The notes under the pieces: model-generated
Told to the model about the DNA's origin: nothing
Database searches by the model: none
The model's input: only the letters and a program-made list of their open reading frames with translations
Made by a program: the position numbers and the translations under genes
Shown here: positions 39,341 through 49,458 of the stretch, one piece after another
Numbering within the stretch: position 1 is the stretch's first letter
How the letters are laid out: every line of letters starts with the position of its first letter
Virus record (IMG/VR): IMGVR_UViG_3300028422_001054
DNA length: 64,000 nt
Strand: one strand, 5' to 3'
DNA from: an uncultured virus (IMG/VR IMGVR_UViG_3300028422_001054)
Lineage: Duplodnaviria > Heunggongvirae > Uroviricota > Caudoviricetes

Positions 39341-39791
39341 AGGGATGTTGGTAGTAACAATTCTTATCCTTCAGGAGCGTTAAGTAACTTTTCAGGGCAT
39401 AGGTTTGTGTTAGATGGCGTAGAGTGTTATTCTATGGAAGGTTTCTTACAAGGGTTGAAGTTTAAAAATCCAGAAATGCAGGTAGAGGTTAGTAGGGTTT
39501 GCTGCTAAGAGGAAAGGTTCAAAAAAGGGCTGGAAGTCTTCTCAGATTTTATATTGGAAAGGTTCCCCTATGGGAAGATCTTCAAAAATTTACCAAGATC
39601 TTTTAGATAGAGCTTATGAAGCTATGTATATAGACTCAGAGTCTTTTAGAAACGCACTAAAAGCTAGTGGGTCCTCGACTTTAACTCATTCTATTGGTAA
39701 GAGAAAACCTAATGAAACAGTTCTTACTATTAATGCGTTCTGCTCTCGGCTTATGAAACTAAGAGATAGTAACGGTAAACTTTGTAAATAA
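39341..39791 (+). pseudogene. Disrupted NADAR-family (T4 gp30.3-like) gene
   Basis: DVGS..SYPSGALSNF..H.FVLDGVEC.SMEGFLQGLKF.NPEMQ in one frame (stop 39506-39508), continuing VGFAAK.KG..W...Q.LYWKG..YQDLLDRAY in +1 frame; AGG where ATG is expected after AAGGAG. Confidence 0.8.
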
Positions 39792-39919
39792 TAAATTTTA
39801 AATTAACGAGGTACTTATTGATACATTAGAGTTTGACTCGAAGTTTTTTAAAATTTCTAAATTATTGTTGACATAATTTTATTTTAAGTTTATCCTTAAT
39901 TTATTAAGGAGATAAATAG

Positions 39920-40336
39920 ATGAAAAAGTTATTATTAAGTTTAATATTATTACAAGGATTTTTAGGATTTTCTGAGGAAGGTTTGAAGAGTGATTGGTTC
40001 CCATTGTTACAAATGGGAGTTATCTCCAGGGAAACCTCTACGCCATATCTCTTGGAAATTGATGAGTATATTCTTGAGAATTTTGCAACGATCTCTTTTG
40101 CTAGAGATTTAGATGGTTACGTTTATAGACAAGTTTTCATTACGGAGTTAGATGGGGATTATCCTGTATCTTTTTCGGATGACTCGAATTATGTTTTCTA
40201 TAACTTCTCTGGGGATAAGCCAGGGCTTACTGATATGGTTAATATTCAGATTGTTGTAAATCCTTTAAAAGTAAAGTATTGCAGTCATACGCTTCCATAT
40301 AATGGTCCTGATGTAGCATACCCCATATTACGTTAG
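39920..40336 (+). CDS. Exported protein
   Basis: MKKLLLSLILL signal peptide; own promoter TTGACA-N17-TATCCT (39868-39896). Confidence 0.7.
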   Translation: MKKLLLSLILLQGFLGFSEEGLKSDWFPLLQMGVISRETSTPYLLEIDEYILENFATISFARDLDGYVYRQVFITELDGDYPVSFSDDSNYVFYNFSGDKPGLTDMVNIQIVVNPLKVKYCSHTLPYNGPDVAYPILR

Positions 40337-40358
40337 TATCATAATTTACTATATTACG

Positions 40359-40381
40359 AGAGGCTATTAAGCCTCTTTTTT
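40359..40381 (+). terminator. Rho-independent terminator
   Basis: AGAGGCT-ATTA-AGCCTCT then T run. Confidence 0.75.
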
Positions 40382-40421
40382 ATTTAAAATTACTGTCCTA
40401 AAAATCAGAAGGAATCGAAAT

Positions 40422-40937
40422 ATGATTAAAATAATTGTTGCAGCAGATAGAACAACTTATGGAATAGGCTTTGATGGAAAAATGGCTTGGGATGCGAGTC
40501 TTTATCCTAATATGTCTTATGACTTGAGATATTTTAAAGAACAAACTGTTGGGGCCGGCAATAATGCAGTTCTTATGGGAAAGAATACCATGAATAGTCT
40601 ATTAGATATTAATATGTATCCTTTGAGAAATAGACTCAATTATTTTATCAGTAGGTCTGAACAGAAGCCTTTTAACAGTCTTGAAAATGCGGTTAATCTT
40701 ATCACTAGGAATGTTGAGGATCTTTGGATAATCGGAGGTTCTCAAATATATCATCAAGCAATAGAACAAAGACTGGTAGACCAAGTAATTATATCATGGG
40801 TAGATCTCCCTTTCTTATCATACGATACTTATTTTCCATCAGTATCTTTTTTACAAGAACATGGGTATCTTGAAACCGTATGTAATAAACAAGAATATGG
40901 AGGAAAGATTATTTTAAGTATTTTTAGTCGAATTTAG
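40422..40937 (+). CDS. Dihydrofolate reductase
   Basis: IIVA....GIG..G.M.W, DL.YFK..T, LMG..T..S, PL.NR.N..ISR, IIGG..IY, DTYFP. Confidence 0.93.
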   Translation: MIKIIVAADRTTYGIGFDGKMAWDASLYPNMSYDLRYFKEQTVGAGNNAVLMGKNTMNSLLDINMYPLRNRLNYFISRSEQKPFNSLENAVNLITRNVEDLWIIGGSQIYHQAIEQRLVDQVIISWVDLPFLSYDTYFPSVSFLQEHGYLETVCNKQEYGGKIILSIFSRI

Positions 40938-40986
40938 TTGACATATTTCTTTTTAATCATTAGTATGACTTAAAAGGAGATCATAT

Positions 40987-42999
40987 ATGATGTTTAAAGA
41001 TTTTAAAAGTAAGCTACAGACTCATTTTAAAGAAATGAGTAAAGACGAAGTTTTGTTTACAGTGGATGTAGAGAAGGATGTATTATGGAATACTTATCTA
41101 GAGAGTTTTCCGGAAGGTACTAACGTAATATATAAGGAAAGAAGAGAATACGACTGTAATTGTTGTAAGTCCTTTATACGGTCTATCGGTGGTGTTGTAT
41201 CTGTTAGCGATAATAAGTTAGTCTCCATTTGGAATATTCCTAATTTAGAGTATCCTTTTAATATTGTTGCTGACAAGTTAAATGATCTAGTTTCTTCATC
41301 TAAGATTAAGAATGTATTCCTAGCTGAAAACACTTTTATTGGAGTGGATTCCAATAAATCTTTAGAAGACGGCAGTACGGTAATATTCGAGCATTTTTAT
41401 GTTACTTTACCAAAAAAGTTTGTAGGGGATAATAGATTCTCCATAGAATCTTTATTGGCTCCTCACAAAGCTAACAAAGATGTTTTTGAAAGATCGATGG
41501 CAGAGTTATCTTTGGAATCCGGAGAAATTGTTTTAGAGCTAATAGAACAAAACTCTCTGTATAAAGGTGAGGAGTTTAAAAATGCTATAGAACTTTTTAT
41601 TTCCTGGAAGAAGAAACACCGAGATTTGGAAAGTAATCACGATAATTGGTATTGGCAGAATTCGTTTAATAATAAAGTTTCAAAGATAAGGAACACGGCT
41701 ATAGGTACATTGCTTATTTCCCTTTCTGAGGGAGTAGATGTAGATACTGCTGTTAGAAAATATGAGAAATTAGTTGCTCCAGAAAATTATAAAAGACCTA
41801 CGGAGGTTTTTACAAAAAGTATGGTTGAGGCTGCTGAGAAAAAGATCCTTGAATTAGGTTTAGAGAAATCTTTGGGAAGACGACATGCTGTTTTAAGTGA
41901 TATCTCAGTAAATAATGTTCTATTTGTTAACAGAGATGCTGGTAATAAAATGAAGGATTCCTTATTAAGTGATTTAAAGAAAACCGTTCCTGTTAGTCCT
42001 AAGACTTTTGCTAAAGTAGAAGAAGTAGGTGCTGAAGATTTTATTAGTCATATTCTTCCAAATGCGTCTAATTTAGAGGTTTTTCTAGAAGGTAGACATG
42101 AGACTAATTTAATGACTTTAGTTGCACCTAAAGAAGAATGTACACCTCTTTTCAAATGGAATAATAATTTTTCATGGTCGTATAATGGTAATATTGCCGA
42201 TTCTTCTTTAAAGCAAAATGTAAAAAATGCCGGAGGTAGTGTAGATGGTGTTTTTAGGTTTTCTATTCAGTGGAATGAAAAACGAGACAATCCAAATGAT
42301 TTTGATGCACATTGTGTAGAACCTTCCGGTAATATAATTTATTTCGGTTCTCCAAAGTCATCCACATCAGGGACTTTGGATATAGATATAAGGTACCCAT
42401 GTTCTGAAGTAGCTGTTGAAAATATTATTTATACGGATGCCTGTAAAATGAAAGAGGGTAATTATGTACTTAAAGTCCATAACTTTGCTCACAGAGGAGG
42501 GACCTCTGGGTTTAGAGCTGAAATAGAGTTTAATGGAGAACTATATAGTTTCGATTACTCTAAAGATATCAAGCAAAAAAGTTATGTCGAAGTTGCTGTT
42601 GTTAATTATTCTAAAAAAGATGGTTTCAGATTAGTATCGTCTCTAGATTCTAAGCTTTCTTCTAAAGAGATGTGGGGAGTTAGAACAGGAGAGTTTGTGA
42701 AAGTTTCAACATTCATGCTTAGTCCAAATTATTGGAATGGTGAGGGTGTAGGAAATAAACATTATTTCTTTTTCTTGGAAGGAGCAAAACCAGAAGGTTC
42801 GATGAGAGGATTCTATAACGAGTTCTTACGAGAAGACCTGTCCCCTCATAGAAAAGTATTTGAAGCATTGGGAAATAGATTTAAAGTATCTGCTGCTGAT
42901 GAGCAGTTAACAGGTGTAGGATTTTCATCTACTAAAAGAAATAGTCTTTTAGTTAAAGTAGATGGTAAAGTTTCAAGAGTTGTAAAGGTTATATTTTAA
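40987..42999 (+). CDS. Large phage protein with CNCC motif and YfaP-like domain
   Basis: YDCNCCK; RFSIQWN...DFDAH..EP.G..IYF...GTLDID...VENI; promoter TTGACA-N17-TAGTAT at 40938. Confidence 0.7.
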   Translation: MMFKDFKSKLQTHFKEMSKDEVLFTVDVEKDVLWNTYLESFPEGTNVIYKERREYDCNCCKSFIRSIGGVVSVSDNKLVSIWNIPNLEYPFNIVADKLNDLVSSSKIKNVFLAENTFIGVDSNKSLEDGSTVIFEHFYVTLPKKFVGDNRFSIESLLAPHKANKDVFERSMAELSLESGEIVLELIEQNSLYKGEEFKNAIELFISWKKKHRDLESNHDNWYWQNSFNNKVSKIRNTAIGTLLISLSEGVDVDTAVRKYEKLVAPENYKRPTEVFTKSMVEAAEKKILELGLEKSLGRRHAVLSDISVNNVLFVNRDAGNKMKDSLLSDLKKTVPVSPKTFAKVEEVGAEDFISHILPNASNLEVFLEGRHETNLMTLVAPKEECTPLFKWNNNFSWSYNGNIADSSLKQNVKNAGGSVDGVFRFSIQWNEKRDNPNDFDAHCVEPSGNIIYFGSPKSSTSGTLDIDIRYPCSEVAVENIIYTDACKMKEGNYVLKVHNFAHRGGTSGFRAEIEFNGELYSFDYSKDIKQKSYVEVAVVNYSKKDGFRLVSSLDSKLSSKEMWGVRTGEFVKVSTFMLSPNYWNGEGVGNKHYFFFLEGAKPEGSMRGFYNEFLREDLSPHRKVFEALGNRFKVSAADEQLTGVGFSSTKRNSLLVKVDGKVSRVVKVIF

Positions 43000-43010
43000 G
43001 GAGAAATAAT

Positions 43011-43382
43011 ATGTATAAAACTGCAAGTAAAATAAAGTTAAGAGTTCAAACTTCTAAAGGATTGCTTTCTGTTGAAGATTTGTGGGATCTTAACTTAAAA
43101 GAATTGAATGATATTGCAAAAGCTTTAAATAAAGAGCTAAAGAGTTTGGATGAAGAAGACTTTCTAGATGATAAGCCTTCAGAAGATCCTAAAAAAAGAT
43201 TAATCTTCGATATTATTGTGGATATTATAAAAACTCGTAAAGAAGAGATTTCTCAAAATAGGGAAGCGAGAGCTAAATCGTCGCTTAGACAAAAGTATTT
43301 AGATGCTTTAGAAAAAAAGGAAGATGAGGATTTAGAAAAGCTTTCTAAAGAAGAAATTCTAGAAAAATTAAATAGCTTGTAG
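43011..43382 (+). CDS. Small coiled-coil partner protein
   Basis: ASK.KLR..TSKG.LSVEDLWDL; AAGGAG RBS. Confidence 0.7.
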   Translation: MYKTASKIKLRVQTSKGLLSVEDLWDLNLKELNDIAKALNKELKSLDEEDFLDDKPSEDPKKRLIFDIIVDIIKTRKEEISQNREARAKSSLRQKYLDALEKKEDEDLEKLSKEEILEKLNSL

Positions 43383-43387
43383 TACAT

Positions 43388-43413
43388 AAGACTCCTATAA
43401 AGGAGTCTTTTTT
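43388..43413 (+). terminator. Rho-independent terminator
   Basis: AAGACTCCT-ATAA-AGGAGTCTT then TTTT. Confidence 0.8.
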
Positions 43414-43526
43414 GTTATATAACAGTTGACATTTAATTGTTTTATGTTTAGTCTTTTTCAAAGAGGAGATTACTGTGGAAAATTTAAAAGAGACGACTAT
43501 GTTTTCGTGGAAACTTTGGAGGTCCT

Positions 43527-44819
43527 ATGATTAGAGCTTTAGAAATTGTTACAATTCTACAGAATAACGGGTTTTATGCGTTATTTGTAGGAGGTTGTGT
43601 TAGGGATTCCCTTTTAGGATTGGAACCAAAAGATTACGATATCGTAACATCAGCTAGTCCAGAGCAAGTTGAAAGTTTATTCATTAATACTATTTCTGTA
43701 GGCAAGGCTTTCGGAGTAATTGTAGTAGATTGTCATTATGAAGTAGCTACTTTTAGATTAGATAATTATACGAAAACGAATGACCTTACAGTTAAACTTT
43801 TAAATAACAAAGATTATTCTTTAGAATATTTGGTTCAGTTAGATTCTTCTAAAAGAGATTTAACCTGCAATGCTATTTATTTTGATCCTGTCTCCGCAGA
43901 ATATTATAACCCTCAAGGAGGTATTGAAGACTTGTCAAATAGAAAACTACGATTTGTGGGAGATCTTGAAGAAAGGTGTATTGAAGACCCTATAAGGATT
44001 TTAAGGTTTTTTAGATTTGCTATTCAGTATAATTTATACCAATCTTCTGAAGAACTAAAGTTAGTTTCTGGATTAGGTCATCTGTTATTAAACGTTTCTA
44101 AGGAACGTATCTTTAAAGAGCTAACAAAAATATTGTATAGTATTAATCCTTCATCACGAGGTATTAGTTTAGAGTTACCTCATATTTTAAATATTATTTT
44201 ACCAGAGTTATCTGTAATGAAGAGTACTTCTCAAAATCCTAAGCATCATCCAGAAGGAAATGTATGGAACCATACAGTTTTAGCTTTAGAGTTTCTAAAC
44301 GTAAGAACTCCTGAAACTCTTTGGGCAGCTTTACTTCACGATGTTGGAAAGATTTATACAACAAGAGGTTATGGTGATAACATAACTTCTTATGACCACG
44401 AAACGGCAGGGTCTGTCGAAGCTGAACGGATCTTAAAAATGTTTAAATGCTCTAATAAGCTAATTAAGGAAGTTTCGTATTTAGTACAAAATCATATGAG
44501 AATTAAGGCTTGTAGAGAAATGAAAGTTGCAAAGGTTGCTAGATTAGTACTTAATGAATATTTTAATAATCTTAAAGAAGTTTCTTTAGCTGATTCTTTA
44601 GCAGGCAAAGGTGATATAACGTGGTGGTCTTGGCTAACCTCTTTTGAGGAGAGAACTCCCTATAAAAATACAGTAACTCCTTTAGTTACTGGGCATGATT
44701 TAATACTTGCTGGAAAACAACCAAATGAAAGTTTTAAAGGTTTACTAAAAAAAGCATTCGATATTCAGTTAGAATATCCTACTAAATCAAAAGAAGTTAT
44801 CTTGAAGGAGTTATTATGA
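43527..44819 (+). CDS. cca: CCA-adding tRNA nucleotidyltransferase with HD domain
   Basis: VGGCVRD, DYDIVT, EVATFR, RDLT.NA, EDP.RILR..RF, HPEG.VW.H, LLHDVGK. Confidence 0.9.
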   Translation: MIRALEIVTILQNNGFYALFVGGCVRDSLLGLEPKDYDIVTSASPEQVESLFINTISVGKAFGVIVVDCHYEVATFRLDNYTKTNDLTVKLLNNKDYSLEYLVQLDSSKRDLTCNAIYFDPVSAEYYNPQGGIEDLSNRKLRFVGDLEERCIEDPIRILRFFRFAIQYNLYQSSEELKLVSGLGHLLLNVSKERIFKELTKILYSINPSSRGISLELPHILNIILPELSVMKSTSQNPKHHPEGNVWNHTVLALEFLNVRTPETLWAALLHDVGKIYTTRGYGDNITSYDHETAGSVEAERILKMFKCSNKLIKEVSYLVQNHMRIKACREMKVAKVARLVLNEYFNNLKEVSLADSLAGKGDITWWSWLTSFEERTPYKNTVTPLVTGHDLILAGKQPNESFKGLLKKAFDIQLEYPTKSKEVILKELL

Positions 44820-46117
44820 CAGCTACATTAGAAAAATTAAATAAAATTATGGAAGATAATAACGGGGAGTTATATTTAAGAGATACTCCAATTACATCGC
44901 TACCTGAAGGGTTAACTGTTCCAGGTAACTTAGAGTTATGCGGTACTAAAATCACATCGTTACCAGAAGGTTTAAAAGTTGGGGGTAGTTTAGATTTAAG
45001 CTATACTTTAATAGAATCGTTACCAGAAGGGTTAACCGTTGGAGGTAGCTTATATTTAGAAGGTACTAGAATTAAATCATTATCTGAAGGGTTAAAGGTT
45101 GGAGATAACTTAGATTTAAGAAATACTAAAATCACATCTTTACCAAAAGAATTAACTGTTGGGGATAGCTTAGATTTAAGAAATACTGAAATTACAGTAT
45201 TACCAGAAGGATTGTCTGTTGGAGGTAGCTTATGTTTAAGTAATACTCCAATTAAATCGTTACCAGAAGACTTAACGTTTGGAAGAGGCTTATATCTAAA
45301 TCATACTCAGATTGAATCGTTACCAGAGGGGTTAAAAGTAAGTGGATATCTAGATTTAAGACATACTCCAATTACATCGTTACCTAAAGGGTTAAAGGTT
45401 GGAGGATATTTAGATTTAAGTAATACTCTAATTAAATTGTTACCAGAGGGATTAAAGGTTGGAGGTAGCTTAGATTTAAGACATACTCCAATTACAGAAT
45501 TACCAAGAAGGTTAACGGTTGGAAGAGACTTATATTTAAGAGATACTCAAATTAAATCGTTACCAAAAGGGTTAACTGTGGGAGATAATTTATATTTATA
45601 CGGTACTAAGATAACATCGTTACCAAAAAGATTAAAGGTTGGTGATCGTGTCTATAGTTATTTACCTGAAAATAAAGTAAACTACACAAAACTTCAACAG
45701 GGTGATTATGTTAAAGATGAATATCTATATGCCGATGACATATTAACTCATATTAAAGCTAAAAAGTCTTTTGATAAATACACATATTTTATTGGAGAGT
45801 TTAAAGGTCGAAATGTTCTTTACGATGGAACTTATTATGCTCATTGTAAAAATATTAAGCAAGGAATTGAGGATCTTAACTTCAAACATGCTGAAGATAG
45901 AGGATCCGATCAATACAGAAATTTAAAGTTATCAAGTACTTTAACTTTTGAAGAATCTAAAACAATGTACAGGGTTTTAACAGGTGCTTGTAGGCAAGGT
46001 ACTGAAAGCTTTATTAGTAACTTAAAAACAATAAAGGAACACTATACCATTCAGGAATTACTAGATTTGACTGTTGGTCAATATGGACATGAAACTTTTA
46101 AGAAGTTTTTTAGTTAA
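44816..46117 (+). CDS. 20-aa LRR-repeat protein, copy 1 (13 repeats, 433 aa)
   Basis: LxLxxTxIxSLPxGLxVGGx units plus shared ~155-aa C-terminal domain. Confidence 0.9.
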   Translation: MTATLEKLNKIMEDNNGELYLRDTPITSLPEGLTVPGNLELCGTKITSLPEGLKVGGSLDLSYTLIESLPEGLTVGGSLYLEGTRIKSLSEGLKVGDNLDLRNTKITSLPKELTVGDSLDLRNTEITVLPEGLSVGGSLCLSNTPIKSLPEDLTFGRGLYLNHTQIESLPEGLKVSGYLDLRHTPITSLPKGLKVGGYLDLSNTLIKLLPEGLKVGGSLDLRHTPITELPRRLTVGRDLYLRDTQIKSLPKGLTVGDNLYLYGTKITSLPKRLKVGDRVYSYLPENKVNYTKLQQGDYVKDEYLYADDILTHIKAKKSFDKYTYFIGEFKGRNVLYDGTYYAHCKNIKQGIEDLNFKHAEDRGSDQYRNLKLSSTLTFEESKTMYRVLTGACRQGTESFISNLKTIKEHYTIQELLDLTVGQYGHETFKKFFS

Positions 46118-46142
46118 AAAGTGTAAGATAAGAGGAGATACT

Positions 46143-47324
46143 ATGGAATATACTTTAGAAAAATTAAATAAAATTATGGAAGATAATGATGGGGACTTAG
46201 ATTTAAGCGTTACTCCAATTACATCATTACCTGAAGGGTTAACTATTGGAGGTAGCTTATATTTAAGTAAGACTCCAATTACATCATTACCTAAAGGGTT
46301 AAAGGTTGGAGGTTGGTTAGATTTAAGATATACTCCGATTAAATCATTGCCAAGAGATTTAACATTTGGAGGTAGCTTATGTTTAAGTTTTACTCAAATT
46401 AAATCGCTGCCAAGAGGTTTAAAGGTTTTGGGTAACTTAGATTTAAGCTTTACTCAAATTACCTCGTTACCAGAAGAATTGTCTGTTGGCGGTAGTTTAT
46501 ATTTAAATAATACTCAAATTACATCGTTACCGAAAGGGTTAACTTTTGGAGGTTGGTTAGATTTAAGAAATACTAAAATTACATCGTTACCAGAAGGCTT
46601 GAAAGTGGGAAGAGACTTATATTTAAGTGATACTCCAATTTCATCATTACCAGGAGATTTAAAGGTCGGGGGATATTTAGATTTAAGCAATACTCCAATT
46701 AAATCGTTACCAGAGGGGTTAACGGTTGAAAGAGACTTATATTTAGGAAATACTCCAATTAAATCGTTGCCTGAAGGGTTAACTGTTGGAGGTAGCTTAT
46801 ATTTAAAAGGTACTAAAATTAAATCTTTACCAAAAGGATTAAAAGTTGGAGGTACCATATTTAGCGATTTACCTAAAAATAAAGTCAAATACACAAAACT
46901 TCAACAAGGTGATTATGTTGAAAATTCATATCTCTTTGCTGATGGAATTTTAACTCACATTAAAGCTAAAAAGTCTTTTGATAAATACACATATTTTATT
47001 GAAGAGTTTAAAGGTCGAAATGTTCTTTACGATGGTATCTATTATGCTCACTGTAAAAATATTAAGCAAGGAATTGAGGATCTTACCTTTAAACATGCTA
47101 CAGATAGAGGGTCCGATCAATACAAAAATCTAAAATTATCCAGTACTTTATCTTTTGAAGAATCTAAAACAATGTATAGGGTTTTGACAGGTGCTTGTAA
47201 ACAAGGAACTGAAAGTTTTGTTAATAATTTGAAAACAATAAAAGAACAGTATACCATTCAGGAATTACTAGATTTAACTGTTGGTCAATATGGTCATGAA
47301 ATTTTTAAAAAGTTTTTTAATTAA
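46143..47324 (+). CDS. 20-aa LRR-repeat protein, copy 2 (11 repeats, 393 aa)
   Basis: ATG 46143 after GAGGAG; same architecture as copy 1. Confidence 0.9.
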   Translation: MEYTLEKLNKIMEDNDGDLDLSVTPITSLPEGLTIGGSLYLSKTPITSLPKGLKVGGWLDLRYTPIKSLPRDLTFGGSLCLSFTQIKSLPRGLKVLGNLDLSFTQITSLPEELSVGGSLYLNNTQITSLPKGLTFGGWLDLRNTKITSLPEGLKVGRDLYLSDTPISSLPGDLKVGGYLDLSNTPIKSLPEGLTVERDLYLGNTPIKSLPEGLTVGGSLYLKGTKIKSLPKGLKVGGTIFSDLPKNKVKYTKLQQGDYVENSYLFADGILTHIKAKKSFDKYTYFIEEFKGRNVLYDGIYYAHCKNIKQGIEDLTFKHATDRGSDQYKNLKLSSTLSFEESKTMYRVLTGACKQGTESFVNNLKTIKEQYTIQELLDLTVGQYGHEIFKKFFN

Positions 47325-47349
47325 AAAGCGTAAGATAAGAGGAGATACT

Positions 47350-48351
47350 ATGGAATATACTTTAGAAGAATTAAATAAAATGATGAAAGATAAGGATGGA
47401 AACTTAGATTTATACAATACTCAAATTAAATCGTTACCAGGAGATTTAAAGGTTGGAGGTAGCTTAGATTTAAGCAATACTCAAATTAAATCGTTACCAG
47501 GAGATTTAAAGGTTGGGGGTAACTTAGACTTAGAAGGTACTCAAATTACATCATTACCAGAAGGGTTAACTGTTGGAGGTTGGTTAGATTTAAGACATAC
47601 TCAAATTACATCGTTACCAGGGGATTTAAAGGTTAGAGGTAACTTATATTTAAGCAATACTCCAATTAAATCGTTACCAAGAGATTTAAAAGTTGGTGGT
47701 AGCTTGGATTTAAGTAATACTCCAATTACATCATTACCTGAAGGGTTAAAGATTGGAGGTATCTTATATTTAAGCAATACTCCAATTAAATCGTTACCAA
47801 AAAGGTTAACGGTTGGAAGTTGGTTATATTTCAGAGATACTAAAATTAAATCGTTGCCAAGAGATTTAAAAGTTGGTGGAAACGTATCTAGTGATTTACC
47901 TAAAAATAAAGTAAAATATATACAAATTCAACAAGGTGAGTATAGTGAAGCTGACTATCTGTATGCAGATGGAATCTTAACTCATATTAAAGCTAAAAAA
48001 TATTTTGATAAATATACATATTTTATTGGAGAATTTAAAGATAAAAACGTACTTTATGATGGAACTTATTATGCTCATTGTGAAAACATTAAGCAAGGAA
48101 TCGAGGATCTTAACTTTAAACATGCTAAAGATAGAGGTTCCGATCAATACAGAAATTTAAAGTTATCAAGTACTTTATCTTTTGAAGAATCAAAAACAAT
48201 GTACAGGGTTTTAACCGGAGCATGTAGGCAAGGTACTGAAAGTTTTATTAATAACTTGAAAATAATAAAGGAACAGTATACAATACAGGAATTAATAGAT
48301 TTAACTGTTAATCAATATGGTCATGAAGTTTTTAAGAAGTTTTTTAGATAA
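47350..48351 (+). CDS. 20-aa LRR-repeat protein, copy 3 (8 repeats, 333 aa)
   Basis: ATG 47350 after GAGGAG; same architecture. Confidence 0.9.
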   Translation: MEYTLEELNKMMKDKDGNLDLYNTQIKSLPGDLKVGGSLDLSNTQIKSLPGDLKVGGNLDLEGTQITSLPEGLTVGGWLDLRHTQITSLPGDLKVRGNLYLSNTPIKSLPRDLKVGGSLDLSNTPITSLPEGLKIGGILYLSNTPIKSLPKRLTVGSWLYFRDTKIKSLPRDLKVGGNVSSDLPKNKVKYIQIQQGEYSEADYLYADGILTHIKAKKYFDKYTYFIGEFKDKNVLYDGTYYAHCENIKQGIEDLNFKHAKDRGSDQYRNLKLSSTLSFEESKTMYRVLTGACRQGTESFINNLKIIKEQYTIQELIDLTVNQYGHEVFKKFFR

Positions 48352-48708
48352 ATTATTACTATTTTTTAAGGTGTGAAACTTTGTAGTATGTAGTATGCCT
48401 CAGTTTATGTAATTATTTGAGGTATACAGGATATAGCATATAACCGTGAAGAACTTCATTTATATTTTTCAAGGCAAAGAACTCCAGACATAAAGGAGAT
48501 ACAAGTTATTTATCTCTATAACTTATTGAAAGGCCTTTGGCTTCTTACAGAAGAGAGATGGGCTGTACTTATTAAAAATCAACGCTATCTACATATCTTG
48601 ACTAAAGTTTATTATGATATAATCCTTGCACATTTATGACTCCCTATGATATACTACCTAAAGTCAGTATGGTTCTTATCTAGAATTGTACTACTTTGGA
48701 GGATTATT

Positions 48709-49458
48709 ATGATAAAATTGCCGGGGTTATACGAAGAGACTTTTCTTTATTGTATTAGTAATCGAGGGGTTATTATAGAGGAAGGTTCTTTTACAACTAA
48801 AGAGACGAAAGTTAGTCTACCCTGGAGGATACGTGCAAAGCAACCCCCTAATGTTAGTTGTACTATCTACAGGGAATCAACTAAAGAAGAAGAATCCACT
48901 TTTTTACCATACAATTATAAACTTCATGCTCCGAAGTTCAATATTCCCAGAGGGAATTATCGCTTGGATATTTCATGGGATTATGTAGAGGATAACTTAT
49001 TAAGTTTTACGAAACGAGTAGGGCAGACTATAGATGAAGTACTGAATCCCGAGTTTCAACGAGGACACGTTTGGACAGAGCCTCAACAAATAGCTTATAT
49101 TGAGTATATCTTTAAAGGTGGAACCTCTGGAAAAGATGTATATTTTAATTGCTCAGGATGGAATGACGGGTTGGCTGCACCGGTATATTGTGTAGATGGT
49201 TTACAAAGGATAACTGCTGTTCGACGGTTCATGAATAATGAAATTCCTGCCTTTGGTGTTTATTTAAAAGACTCTTCCGGAATTGATAGCTTAGATCAGG
49301 CTTTCTCATGGCATGTTTTAGACTTTAAAGAAATGTCCGAAGTTTTACAATGGTATGTAGATATGAACTCAAAAGGAACTTCGCATACTCAAGAAGAATT
49401 AGACAAGGTTCTCAATCTTAAAAAGAAAATGGAGCAAATCGATGAAAGGACGACATAA
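48709..49458 (+). CDS. DUF262 (GmrS/ParB-like) domain protein
   Basis: NPEFQRGHVWT, VDGLQRIT, MNSKG; ATG 48709 after GGAGG. Confidence 0.85.
   Translation: MIKLPGLYEETFLYCISNRGVIIEEGSFTTKETKVSLPWRIRAKQPPNVSCTIYRESTKEEESTFLPYNYKLHAPKFNIPRGNYRLDISWDYVEDNLLSFTKRVGQTIDEVLNPEFQRGHVWTEPQQIAYIEYIFKGGTSGKDVYFNCSGWNDGLAAPVYCVDGLQRITAVRRFMNNEIPAFGVYLKDSSGIDSLDQAFSWHVLDFKEMSEVLQWYVDMNSKGTSHTQEELDKVLNLKKKMEQIDERTT

Noticed and set aside
44860..45650. CRISPR array or non-coding tandem repeat
   Set aside because: The 60-bp units are contiguous, in-frame coding repeats with no unique spacers; no cas genes seen.
48373..48640. Possible gene between LRR copy 3 and DUF262
   Set aside because: A ~70-codon open stretch exists but has two early stops after the GTG and no recognisable motif; too weak to call.
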